From positions 1 through 15,374 of the forward strand of contig CAXHJY010000058.1 of NCBI GenBank assembly GCA_964016885.1: a stretch of DNA of 15,374 nucleotides, read 5' to 3'. The notes under the pieces are model-generated. The model had not been told where the DNA came from, searched no databases, and worked only from the letters and a program-made list of their open reading frames with translations. Below are positions 1 through 8,943 of the stretch, piece after piece (the stretch's first letter is position 1; each line of letters opens with the position of its first letter). This DNA comes from Eledone cirrhosa. Its lineage: Eukaryota. The translations under genes and the position numbers were made by a program.

Positions 1-294
1 TACCCCTAAAAGAACGAAAAAAAGAGATGGATGAAAAACGAAAATGCTAACTGAAACGAAAAGAAAAAAATAGACATTTTTGATATGATCTGCATTATGA
101 ATATTTCAGAGTTGAGAATTAATATATCCCAGTTGACTTTTACAGAGTTGATTCATTGTGTTGTTGTTGTTCTTCTTTTGTCTGTATGTCCGTCTGTCGG
201 TCTGTCTGTGTAACTTTATATTAACATTACAAAAACACCGTATGATGCTTTTACTGACAAGGTTAAATCTGTGACGTTTATACACCTCTAGTAT

Positions 295-420
295 TTCTCT
301 CTCTCTCTGTGGATGTGTGTGTGTCTCTATATGTGCGTGTGTATGTGTGAATGTAGGTGTGTATGTGTGAATGTAGGTGCGTATGTGTCGATGTGTGTAT
401 GTGTGCATATGTATGTATCT
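295..420. repeat. Compound (CT)n/(GT)n microsatellite
   Basis: Dinucleotide runs plus a duplicated GTGTATGTGTGAATGTAGGTG unit. Confidence 0.9.
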
Positions 421-617
421 ATGTCTGAGAGTGCTGGACTTACCTATAAGCTACATAAGCTATAGCTTAGAGCCAGGCATCATCAGAGGCCTCATTTTTA
501 AAAGATGTATTTTTATTTTGTCAGTTTTTTTTTCATCAAAACTTATATATATATATTATATATATACTATTATGATAAAGGAACAAGGATTCAGTGTTGC
601 ATCAAAACATATTTAAT

Positions 618-711
618 AGCATATTACATATGTTTCACTAACGATGAGCTCGAGGAAAGACCTATTATAGATCGAACCTGACACTGTAATCGAAAGATCG
701 TCAGATATGCT
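618..711 (-). ncRNA. Type I hammerhead ribozyme-like motif (Penelope/retrozyme type) with a 48-nt insertion after the CUGANGA box
   Basis: Minus strand reads AGCAUAU-CUGACGA-[48 nt]-GCU CAUCGUU AGU-GAAA-CAUAUG-UA-AUAUGCU. It has a perfect 7-bp stem I, both conserved boxes, a palindromic stem III (ACAUAUGU) and a GUA site at 627-625. Confidence 0.55.
627..709 (+). ncRNA. Variant hammerhead-like motif, copy 1 (ACGAUGAG...CGAAAG...GUC)
   Basis: ACGATGAG 641-648, GGAAA 654-658, ACTG 683-686, CGAAAG 691-696, GTC 700-702. The same motif order occurs at 845-943 on the minus strand. Confidence 0.4.
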
Positions 712-776
712 TCCTATATAATCTCGTCTGCCGAGTGCTCAACCGGCATAGCGCCTACGGACGCATTTTTTCTTGC

Positions 777-779
<3 letters not shown>

Positions 780-814
<35 letters not shown>
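780..814. repeat. (TA)17 microsatellite
   Basis: Pure TA run between the two hammerhead-like elements. Confidence 0.95.
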
Positions 815-816
<2 letters not shown>

Positions 817-844
817 TATAAATAAAGTTTCCTACACTTAACAT

Positions 845-943
845 ATATGTTCGACCATTGCTTTCGGGGTTCAGTTATGGCCACTACTGTATAGTGAGGG
901 AGGCTTTTCCCACCTGGTCCCTCATCGTATCGTATAACAATAT
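845..943 (-). ncRNA. Variant hammerhead-like motif, copy 2
   Basis: Minus strand: AUAUUGUU..ACGAUGA-GGGacCAGGUGG..(hairpin UCACUA/UAGUGG)..CCAUaaCUGaacCCC-GAAAG-CAAUG-GUC-GAACAUAU. A long stem II closes on GAAA, and AUAUUGUU can pair with AACAUAU. Confidence 0.4.
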
Positions 944-1114
944 CCGTTTCAATACACGTTTCAGATTCAAAATCTTGTAAAGCAAATACAAAAAGTACAT
1001 TTTATTTTGTCCCAACATTCTAATATCCATCTGTTTTCAATTTCAAATAAATAAATAAATATCTATATTCTCTAGGCAATAAGTATCAGCGTCCCTCAAG
1101 GTTTTTTGTAGCAA

Positions 1115-1670
1115 TACATGTTTGGCAAGTGACTTGATCTGAGACTGTAATGACTTGATCTGAGATCGTGTTATACAAGTCTGGCAAGTAACTTGATCTG
1201 AGTGTGTGTTGTAATTGTTTGGCAAGTGACTTGATCGAAGACTGTAGTGACCTGATCTAAGACTGTAGTGACTTGATCTGAGATCATGTTGTTATACAAG
1301 TCTGGTAAGTGACTTGATCAGAGACTGCATGTTGTAAATATCTCGCAAATGACTTGATCTGAGAAGACTGTGTGTTGTAAATGTCTGGCAAGTGACTTGA
1401 TCTGAGACTTGTAAATGTCTGGCAAATGATTTGATCTGAGACTGTGTTGTATATGTCTGACAAGTGACTTAATCCAATACTGTGGTGACTTGATCTGAGA
1501 TTGTTGTACATGTCTACAAATGATTTGATCTGAAATTGTTGTACATGTTTGGCAAGTGATTTGATCTGAAACTCTGTTGTATATATCTGACAAGTGACTT
1601 GATCAGGGATTGTGTTGATCAGGGACTGTGTTGTATATATCTGACAAGTGACTTGATCAGAGATTGTATG
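1115..1670. repeat. Minisatellite, ~38-bp unit GTCTGGCAAGTGACTTGATCTGAGACTGTGTTGTATAT with ~20-bp short variants
   Basis: About 17 copies of the (T)GACTTGATCTGAGA core, read directly. A further degenerate unit lies at ~1725-1756. Confidence 0.92.
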
Positions 1671-2257
1671 TTGAAACTAAAGCAGTTACATCGTGAAAGA
1701 GTCATTTTTACCACAACTGCACTTGTCTGGCACGTAACTAGATCTACGTCTGTGTTGAAACTAAAGCAATTACTTCATAGAAAAGTAATTTTAGCCATTC
1801 AAAAACACACAAAATCTTTTAATTTCCTTTTACATTTATAATTGAATTTTCTGTGTCAAACTTTTCGTCGGACTATTTGAGACTTGATCACTGACACAAT
1901 TTCCCTACAACTATGCAATAAATAGTTTTATGTAAACATATTTAATTCTACGAGGCTACAAAATCCTAGGTAAAGTAATATACAATCTCCCAAACTAAAC
2001 AAAGTCGGCGACAAGATCAGCAGATAGAATCATAATGAAAATACGGATTATCCTGTCAGAACACTCCTGTTGCGCCGAGAGAAATAAAATGAGTTTTGTA
2101 TCAAAGAACATTGTAAGGCAGTGTCGGACAAACAAAAAGACACGTTGCACATACCTTACTGATCGGCTAGAAATAGTAGCTAAATAGTCCTCAAAATAAA
2201 TAACTGTAGTGATTATGGTAGTTTTATAAAATTTAGATAAAACAACTCGAGTCCTCC

Positions 2258-2259
2258 CT

Positions 2260-2309
<50 letters not shown>

Positions 2310-2638
2310 AGTTATACATATATATATATACATATATACATGTATAGTTATAGATACATCATATATATACATGAATAGTTATACATATATATATACATAC
2401 ATATATACATGTATAGTTATACATATATATATACATACATATATATATACATGTATAGTTATACATACATATATATACATGAATAGTTATACATATATAT
2501 ATATACATACATATATACATGTATAGTTATACATATATAGCATATATATATATACATATATACATGTATAGTTTTATATATATATATATATATATACATG
2601 CATACATATATATCCACATGTATAGTTATACATATATA

Positions 2639-2679
<41 letters not shown>

Positions 2680-2690
2680 TACATGTATAG

Positions 2691-2742
<52 letters not shown>

Positions 2743-2841
2743 GCATACATATATATATATACATAGAGAGATGGGGAGAGAGAGATAGATTATATATAAC
2801 CATATATATATATACACATACATACATATATACATGTATAG

Positions 2842-2893
<52 letters not shown>

Positions 2894-3016
2894 GCATACA
2901 TATATATATATACATAGAGAGAGTGGAGAGAGGGATAGATAGATTATATATATCCATATATATATATATATACATACATATACATATATACATAGATGCA
3001 TACACACACACGTGTG

Positions 3017-3064
<48 letters not shown>

Positions 3065-3108
3065 CACCTTTATATATGTGTGTGTGTGTGTGCATGTGTG
3101 TGTGTGCG
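2258..3108. repeat. Compound TA-rich micro/minisatellite with a recurrent TACATGTATAGTTATA unit
   Basis: About 10 copies of CATG(T/A)ATAGTT separated by variable (TA)n. A GA-rich block is duplicated at ~2761 and ~2912. Confidence 0.92.
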
Positions 3109-3384
3109 AATTTCTGCACCTGGTGAGTAAGTTGAGCAATCTGTACTGTGAAGTCATCTCAATTACATTTTATTGTTTATTATGTTATGTATAAATGTCC
3201 GCCACTCTCCTATGTTTTCCTTATTATAATTGTGCATGAATCTAGGCCCTATCTGTATCATTAGTACCCACTGACCCACACCAATTAAAACAGAATAACA
3301 GACTAAGTAAATATAATACTTTATACAAGTACAATAGACATGTTCTCAAAGAGTACAAAGACAGAACTTAATCAATATTGGAAT

Positions 3385-3951
3385 TCAACAGAACTTCACA
3401 AAATTCGCAAGGAAAAAGATTCATAAAACCTGCAAATGCAAATATTATGTATATGATAATAAGGTATGTACAGAATGTTTTGGGTCAATATAAAGCTATT
3501 GTAGTTGACAAAACTTCACAAAATACGAAAGGAAAAGGATTTATAAAATCTGGTAATACAAATATTGTGTAACTTTACTTTGATAACTTTGATAGGTTTC
3601 GACCAGTATTGGCGCATGTCTAACTTAATAGCACCAACTGGCATGCATATGATAATTGTTTCTACTTTTGGCACAAGGCCAGCAATTATCCCAGTGCATT
3701 ACTGGTACTTTATTTTATCGACCCCGTGAGGATGAAAGGCAAAGTTAACCTGATAATAAGGTATGTACATCTATATATGTAACCAAATCTTTTGGGTTAA
3801 TATAAAGTTATTGTATTTGACAAAACTTTACAAAATTCGCAAGGAAAAGGATTATTAAAATCTGGAAATGCATATATTATGTATAGTATATGATAACAAG
3901 GTATGTACATCTATATATGTAACCAAATTTTATGTCAATATAAAGTTATTG
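3385..3951. repeat. Three-unit tandem repeat (~120-140 bp), second unit interrupted by two insertions
   Basis: CTT(C/T)ACAAAAT at 3394, 3514 and 3826; AAGGTATGTACA at 3461, 3758 and 3898. Confidence 0.88.
3657..3750 (-). mobile_element. 5'-truncated tRNA-derived SINE with a 7-bp TSD
   Basis: Closely matches the 3' half of the 5431-5618 copy. TGATAAT is duplicated at 3650-3656 and 3751-3757. Confidence 0.88.
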
Positions 3952-4061
3952 CAAAACGTTTACTGTAATGAAAAAAGATATATATGAAATAAATGATTAA
4001 TATAAAATAAGATATTTATCGTAAGGATTTGATTTGGACATAATATTATATTATATATAAT

Positions 4062-4171
4062 CGTTTCTCCTTTTGGCACAAGGCCAGCAATTATTCCAGT
4101 GCATTACTGGTGCTTTATTTTATCGACCCCGTAAGGATGAAAGACAAAGTTAAGCTCGACAAGATTTGAAC
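4062..4171 (-). mobile_element. 5'-truncated SINE of the same family, cut within box B
   Basis: GGCACAAGGCCAGCAATT...ATCGACCCCGTAAGGATGAAAG...GATTTGAAC aligns to 5431-5540. Confidence 0.88.
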
Positions 4172-4210
4172 AAATGTATTATATATATAATGTATTATAT
4201 ATATAATGTA

Positions 4211-5417
4211 CAAGCAGCGTTGCACGGGGTAGGAAACGTGAAATCGCAACACGCATATGCAAAGATTGAGGAATGCAGCTGTGTACTTTTTGAATTCCCT
4301 TATTCTCAGGGAATAATTGTTCATCTACTGGAAACGTAGAGCACCAGCAGGCCGAATGCAGTAGTAGCAGTGTCAGTGGGCTGATTGCGGAAATCCTGTA
4401 TGCGAAAGGAGTAAGTGTTGTGGGGAGATGTATGTCGTAAGTCTGTTCACGAATTGCGTCATGGATGGGGAACACACGACAGTCTGAAGGAGCGACGTAG
4501 TTAATTGTGTGAAAACCAAGTAGGGATGTACGTTTAAGTAGGGATATTGAGATGACGAAATCAGCGTGGCAACGCAGCTGCAGCAGAAGGGGGTCATAGT
4601 GCAATTAGCACAAACGCTGGGCGGCAGTGGCTGCACTGCGTTTACACAGCAACAAAGGTGCGACAAAAGGGGTCACCGCTGAATTAGCACAGCCGCTGTT
4701 CGGCGTACTTGCGCAGGGCGTTCATATGCGGTGTAGGTGCAACAAAAGGGGTTTTAGTAGAAGTAACATAGACGTGAGTTTTACGGTGTCAATAACACGT
4801 CAACGTACACAGGGCCCGGATTTGCGTGTGATGAAAGCACTAAGCGTCAACAGGGCGCCGACAAAAATTTTAAGGTTGTCCTTATTTCCTCAATCCCCCG
4901 AAAATGGTCCTACTTAAAAGTAAGTGTTGTGTCCTCTGTTAACTAAACCAAATTTTTAACGAAATATTATACACTACTTACGATGTTTAAGTAGCGCTTA
5001 TATTGAAAATGAAAATAGCATGCAATGCCCAATATTAATTCGTAAATTTCCTAGAAACCATTAATGGAATAAAAATTGTTCTTTGTCCACAGCAATGCGA
5101 GGGGACTAATTAATGTCTGCTGCAAATTTCGAGGAAATCGGCTGGATTATATTTAAGCTACGTCTAAAAAAAGCCGTTAGGCTTTAAAATGTTTAAAATG
5201 CCTTTAAAATGCCTTTAAAATGCCTTTAAAATGTTTTTACGCATAATGCGAGCCCTAGGACAGGAAAAGTTAATTTTCTTTTAGCCCATTGCACTTCAAG
5301 AAATATAAGTAACGCATGTGTAAAGTTTGAGAAAAATCGGTCGGGTACTTCTCGAGTTTTAGGGATTTACACAGACAGAAAGACAGACATCCTCTGTTTT
5401 ATATATAGAGAGAGAGA
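4211..5417 (-). mobile_element. Non-autonomous Helitron
   Basis: The minus-strand 5' end is TC(TC)nTATATATAAAA followed by CTGT repeats. The 3' end is CCCGTGCAACGCTGCTTG (CTAG-like, hairpin partly lost). It sits between host A and T with no TSD, splitting a 16-mer repeat. Two AAA(T/G)TT..AAATCGG motifs occur at 5121-5141 and 5319-5340. Confidence 0.82.
5182..5233. repeat. Five copies of (CC)TTTAAAATG inside the Helitron
   Basis: Direct reading. Confidence 0.9.
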
Positions 5418-5430
5418 TTATATATATAAT

Positions 5431-5618
5431 TGTTTCTATTTTTGGCACAAGGCCAGAAATTATGCCAGTGTATTACTGGTACTTTATTTTATCGACCCCG
5501 CAAGGATGAAAGGCAAAATTAACCTCGGCGGGATTTGAACTCAGACCACAAAGGGCCGTAACTCTTTGCTGCAAAGCATGGCGTCCGACCCTCTACCGAT
5601 ACTGCCAATCCACCGCCC
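5431..5618 (-). mobile_element. Full-length tRNA-derived SINE (octopus-type) with a 13-bp TSD
   Basis: Pol III box A TGGCAGTATCGG (5607-5596) and box B GAGTTCAAATCC (5542-5531). Central GCCTTTCATCC..GGGGTCGATAAAATAAAGTACCAG domain. TTATATATATAAT at 5418-5430 and 5619-5631. Confidence 0.93.
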
Positions 5619-5724
5619 TTATATATATAATGTTCATAAGTATGTATATCATTTTAGTATTATAGTACAATACTTACTGTGATAACACAGGAGTTATATG
5701 AAGATCTTGAAGACAAAATATAAG

Positions 5725-5826
5725 AAGGAAGGCAAAGTTGACCTTTGTGTGGTTTGAACTCAGAAAATAAAGGGCTGGAACAATAAGAATTATCTAACGC
5801 TCTAACTATTTCTGGCAATCTACTGA
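5725..5826 (-). mobile_element. Old, diverged SINE head fragment
   Basis: AAGGCAAAGTTGACCT..TTTGAACTCAGA..AAAGGGC..CTCTAAC..CTGGCAATC aligns loosely with 5510-5612. Confidence 0.7.
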
Positions 5827-5844
5827 TATCACGATATTATAAAG

Positions 5845-6165
5845 ATGGTGGTGGTGATGACGATGATGTCATCATGATGATGCTGATGCCGACGATCATG
5901 ATAACGATGATGAAATAATGATGAGTGTTGTATTGGGTATTAGAATGAAAAACAGAGGGTGGCGGTGGCGGCAGCGACACCACCACCACCACCACCAACA
6001 ACAACAACATCGTTAGTAAAATATGACGATGATGATAGTTGTACGAGGAAAAAAAAACAAAGAAAGCAAACTAAATAAACAAAAACAACAATAATAACAA
6101 CAACAACAATAATAATGATAATAACAATGATAATAATAATAATAATAAATAAACAGATTAATAAA
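5845..6165. repeat. Compound trinucleotide repeats (GAT, GGT/GGC, CAC, CAA, AAT)
   Basis: Direct reading. Confidence 0.85.
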
Positions 6166-6516
6166 TAAACAAACGCTTAACGGGTTATCTAACCGACTCT
6201 ATTGTAGAGGAATGTTGAAACTCTTATCTAAAGTTTACCAGAATAGTAAAACAGGTAAAGGTGTTGTTATTTTGTTGTTTTATTGTCGTTTATGTTTATT
6301 TTCCAATCTATTTATCTATTGGAGATAATCCTGGTATGTATATTTAAATGAGATACGAAACAGTGATATAGAAACATTGTTCTATTGATTTATATTCGAT
6401 GTGACGTCTGCTTCTATCCATCTCACAACAGGCTGCTTAACGTTGCACATATAAACAAAATGGCCACTGTTAACTTCGTTCTCGCTCTGTCTCTAATTCT
6501 CTTTGTTTTTTTCCCC

Positions 6517-6722
6517 CTCTCTCTCTAAATATATATATATATATACATGTATATGTGAGTATATATATATATGAGTGTATATATATATATATATATGAGT
6601 GTATATATATATATATATGAGTGTATGTATATATATATATATATGTATGTATATATATATATATATGTGTGTGTGAGTGTGTATATATATATATATGTGA
6701 GTGTATATATATATATATGTGA

Positions 6723-6759
<37 letters not shown>

Positions 6760-6862
6760 TACATATTATACATATGTGAGTATATGTATATGTGTGTGTG
6801 TGTATATATATATGTGTGTGTGCATATATATGTGTGTGTGTGTGGGTATATATATATATATA
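6517..6862. repeat. (TA)n/(TG)n compound microsatellite with a TGAGTG unit
   Basis: Direct reading. Confidence 0.92.
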
Positions 6863-7916
6863 CAAGTATATGCGTGTGTCTCTCTCTCGTACTTCCTTCT
6901 AAAAGATCTTATCACTTTCATACATCTGAAACAATTTTTCTTCTTCTTGTTCTATCTAGTCTGTGAATTTCTTTTATTTCATTGGACTTTTATCATCAAA
7001 AGAGAGATATATCCTCTGCTCAAGCTTTCACACCTGACAGAGTCAATTCACAATCCCACTTCCTACAATCTCCCACTCAACTACTCCAGAACTTACCCAA
7101 CACACACCAAAACCTTACGTATTTCCACACAAAAAAAAACAACAAACAAGATTCATTCTTACACATTCACTACACTAACAGAAGCACACAAACACAAACA
7201 CACACACACCAGTGGTATCAGAACATACACAACGAATTATCAGCCATATATGTGTGTGCCTGCAGACTCACACACAAAAGACACGACACAGATACACACA
7301 TACACTATGAAAGACACGTAAATGCATATACACACTGAACATTTCTGGACATGGCTGTCTCTATCAATCACATTAAAAGGCCTACTACACGCATGCGCAC
7401 ACGCACAGACATATATATATATACACACGCACACCATACTAACAAACACTCTCTCACAACACAAGACAACAGATACACACAAATTCACGTCTTCAAAATA
7501 TGTACTGAAAGAACTAGCTCATCAACACACTTCAACAAGATTATTCCAACAGGATCAACAATTCTTGGCAAAGTTGGTCTGCTAGAGAACGGGTCACAGG
7601 TGACGCATAGCAATACGACCACCAGGTATGATGGTTAGTTCCAACATAAGTGGGTACACGCCGAACGAATAAGCAACCCCCGACGAAACAGCAATAAGCT
7701 ACCAGGGGGGATGGAGAAATGGATGACACTGTTAGCTCTCAAGAAACCTCTCACACCCAATGATTTAGTTGAAATATATTGGTAACTGGAGCGAATATAT
7801 GACACAGACTACTCCAGTGTGTTCAGATGCAATAACAGCAACCAAAATATATGGAAATTTCCACCCAACGTCGACAAAACTGGCGACGGGCATGTGATCT
7901 GTTCTGGGAGGCGTGG

Positions 7917-8182
7917 GATGGAAATACAAAGAAACGTATCACGAGACACCAAAGAGTGTCCAGAATGGAACAAACCTTAACAATTGACAACTGGCACATT
8001 ACAACCCTGACAGATAAGTAGCAGGAATTAGTAAAGGAGGCCAGATGTTAGCCGATAGATTTTTCTGGGTTTCTTCAACAAATTTCCGTGGCTCTGTTAC
8101 CGTAGATTCCGATAAAAGATGGAAAATTTACTATTCTGGTGTAGTGTCAAAAATGACTACACAGATGGGAGTGTGGATACTC
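7917..8182 (+). pseudogene. Decayed N-terminus of the AP-endonuclease of an RTE-clade (Rex3/Expander-like) LINE
   Basis: Translates as DGNTKKRITRHQRVSRMEQTLTIDNWHITTLTDK*QELVKEARC*PIDF/(frameshift)/VSSTNFRGSVTVDSDKRWKIYYSGVVSKMTTQMGVWIL. This follows the WN-x-TL..K..EL..E......D..G.S.T..GS.......W..YSG......GVG.L pattern of RTE APE domains. Stops at 8019 and 8049. The GC-richer stretch ~7580-7916 may be its 5' UTR. Confidence 0.82.
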
Positions 8183-8504
8183 AAACGTTCTGCACAAACC
8201 CGGCAAAATATCTCAACGCTTTTCAACTTTTTCTCTCCGTCGTTTGCTTCATTCTTTAATAATTATCCGAAGAATGACTTTGCTCGAAAATCATCTTTAG
8301 CTTTTATTTCACTTCTATCATATCTAGCTATCTATCTTTCGCTCTCTTCCTCACCCCCCCCCCCCCCACACTCTCTCTCTCTCTTATATATATATATATA
8401 TATATATATAAGCAAAAGGGATATTCAATTTGTTGGTAATTCAACAAATATAAATGTTTATAACTGATTCAAAGCACTCGACAAGTTTTCTGGAGTATAA
8501 TATG

Positions 8505-8658
8505 CAATGATATTAAATAAATGGAAACTATATTTTTAAAACCATATTTATTCTATTATATATATTTCAAGGGTACCAATGTTTTGGTACCCTTGAAATA
8601 TATGTAATAGAATAAATATGGTTTTATAAATATAGTTTCTATTTATTTAATATCATTG
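8505..8658. repeat. Near-perfect palindrome: 75-bp arms, 4-nt spacer
   Basis: 8505-8579 versus the reverse complement of 8584-8658 differ at 3 positions by my alignment. Confidence 0.93.
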
Positions 8659-8734
8659 TGTGTGTATATATATTCTTTTTCTTTTCTTTTCAATGGCTGA
8701 CAATACCTTACCGGCGCCACTCAAATAAGGTAGT

Positions 8735-8870
8735 TATTTAACCCATAAATGGGGCCCTAACAGACCTGGGATTTATGACAACTAAGGGGTAACTCCACAT
8801 TCCCCACAGCTCCTGAACTCCCGAACTGGAACCTTGCCACTGGATGTAGTTTAATGTCATACCCAGGACA
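8735..8870 (-). mobile_element. Fragment of a dispersed repeat resembling RTE-related 5'-UTR/SINE sequence
   Basis: ACCCATAAATGGGGCCCTAACAG..GACCTGGGA..GGGGTAACTCCACATTCCCCACAGCTCC..GTCATACCCAGGACA resembles an abundant octopod repeat recalled from memory. It is flanked by TGTGTGTATATATA on both sides. Strand is tentative. Confidence 0.55.

Positions 8871-8941
<71 letters not shown>

Positions 8942-8943
<2 letters not shown>

Noticed and set aside
456-469. 14-bp palindrome TAAGCTATAGCTTA
   Set aside because: Short, AT-rich and without supporting context.
900-930. SECIS-like AUGA..AAAA spacing on the minus strand
   Set aside because: The required helix with the opposing GA quartet does not form convincingly.
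1115-1670. CRISPR-like repeat array or repetitive protein ORFs
   Set aside because: The inter-core sequences are copies of each other, the unit is not a multiple of 3, there are no cas genes, and the context is eukaryotic.
2150-2195. Possible minus-strand micro-exon (AAG|GTATGT donor)
   Set aside because: No coding support. The stretch overlaps a GCTAGAAATAG(T/C)AGC motif also at ~9535 that is probably a repeat remnant.
2459-3194. Long Y/I/C/V/H/T-rich ORFs (also 6470-7321, 10156-11746, 14303-15014)
   Set aside because: Translations of stop-poor dinucleotide repeats.
4179-4917. ORFs within the Helitron
   Set aside because: No Rep/helicase or other recognisable motifs.
5531-5618. tRNA gene
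   Set aside because: The A/B boxes belong to a SINE head with TSD and repeated body; no convincing cloverleaf.
7480-7915. RTE C-terminus-like peptides (QHKWVHAERI, QNWRRA)
   Set aside because: Weak match; the position directly upstream of the APE start fits a LINE 5' region better.
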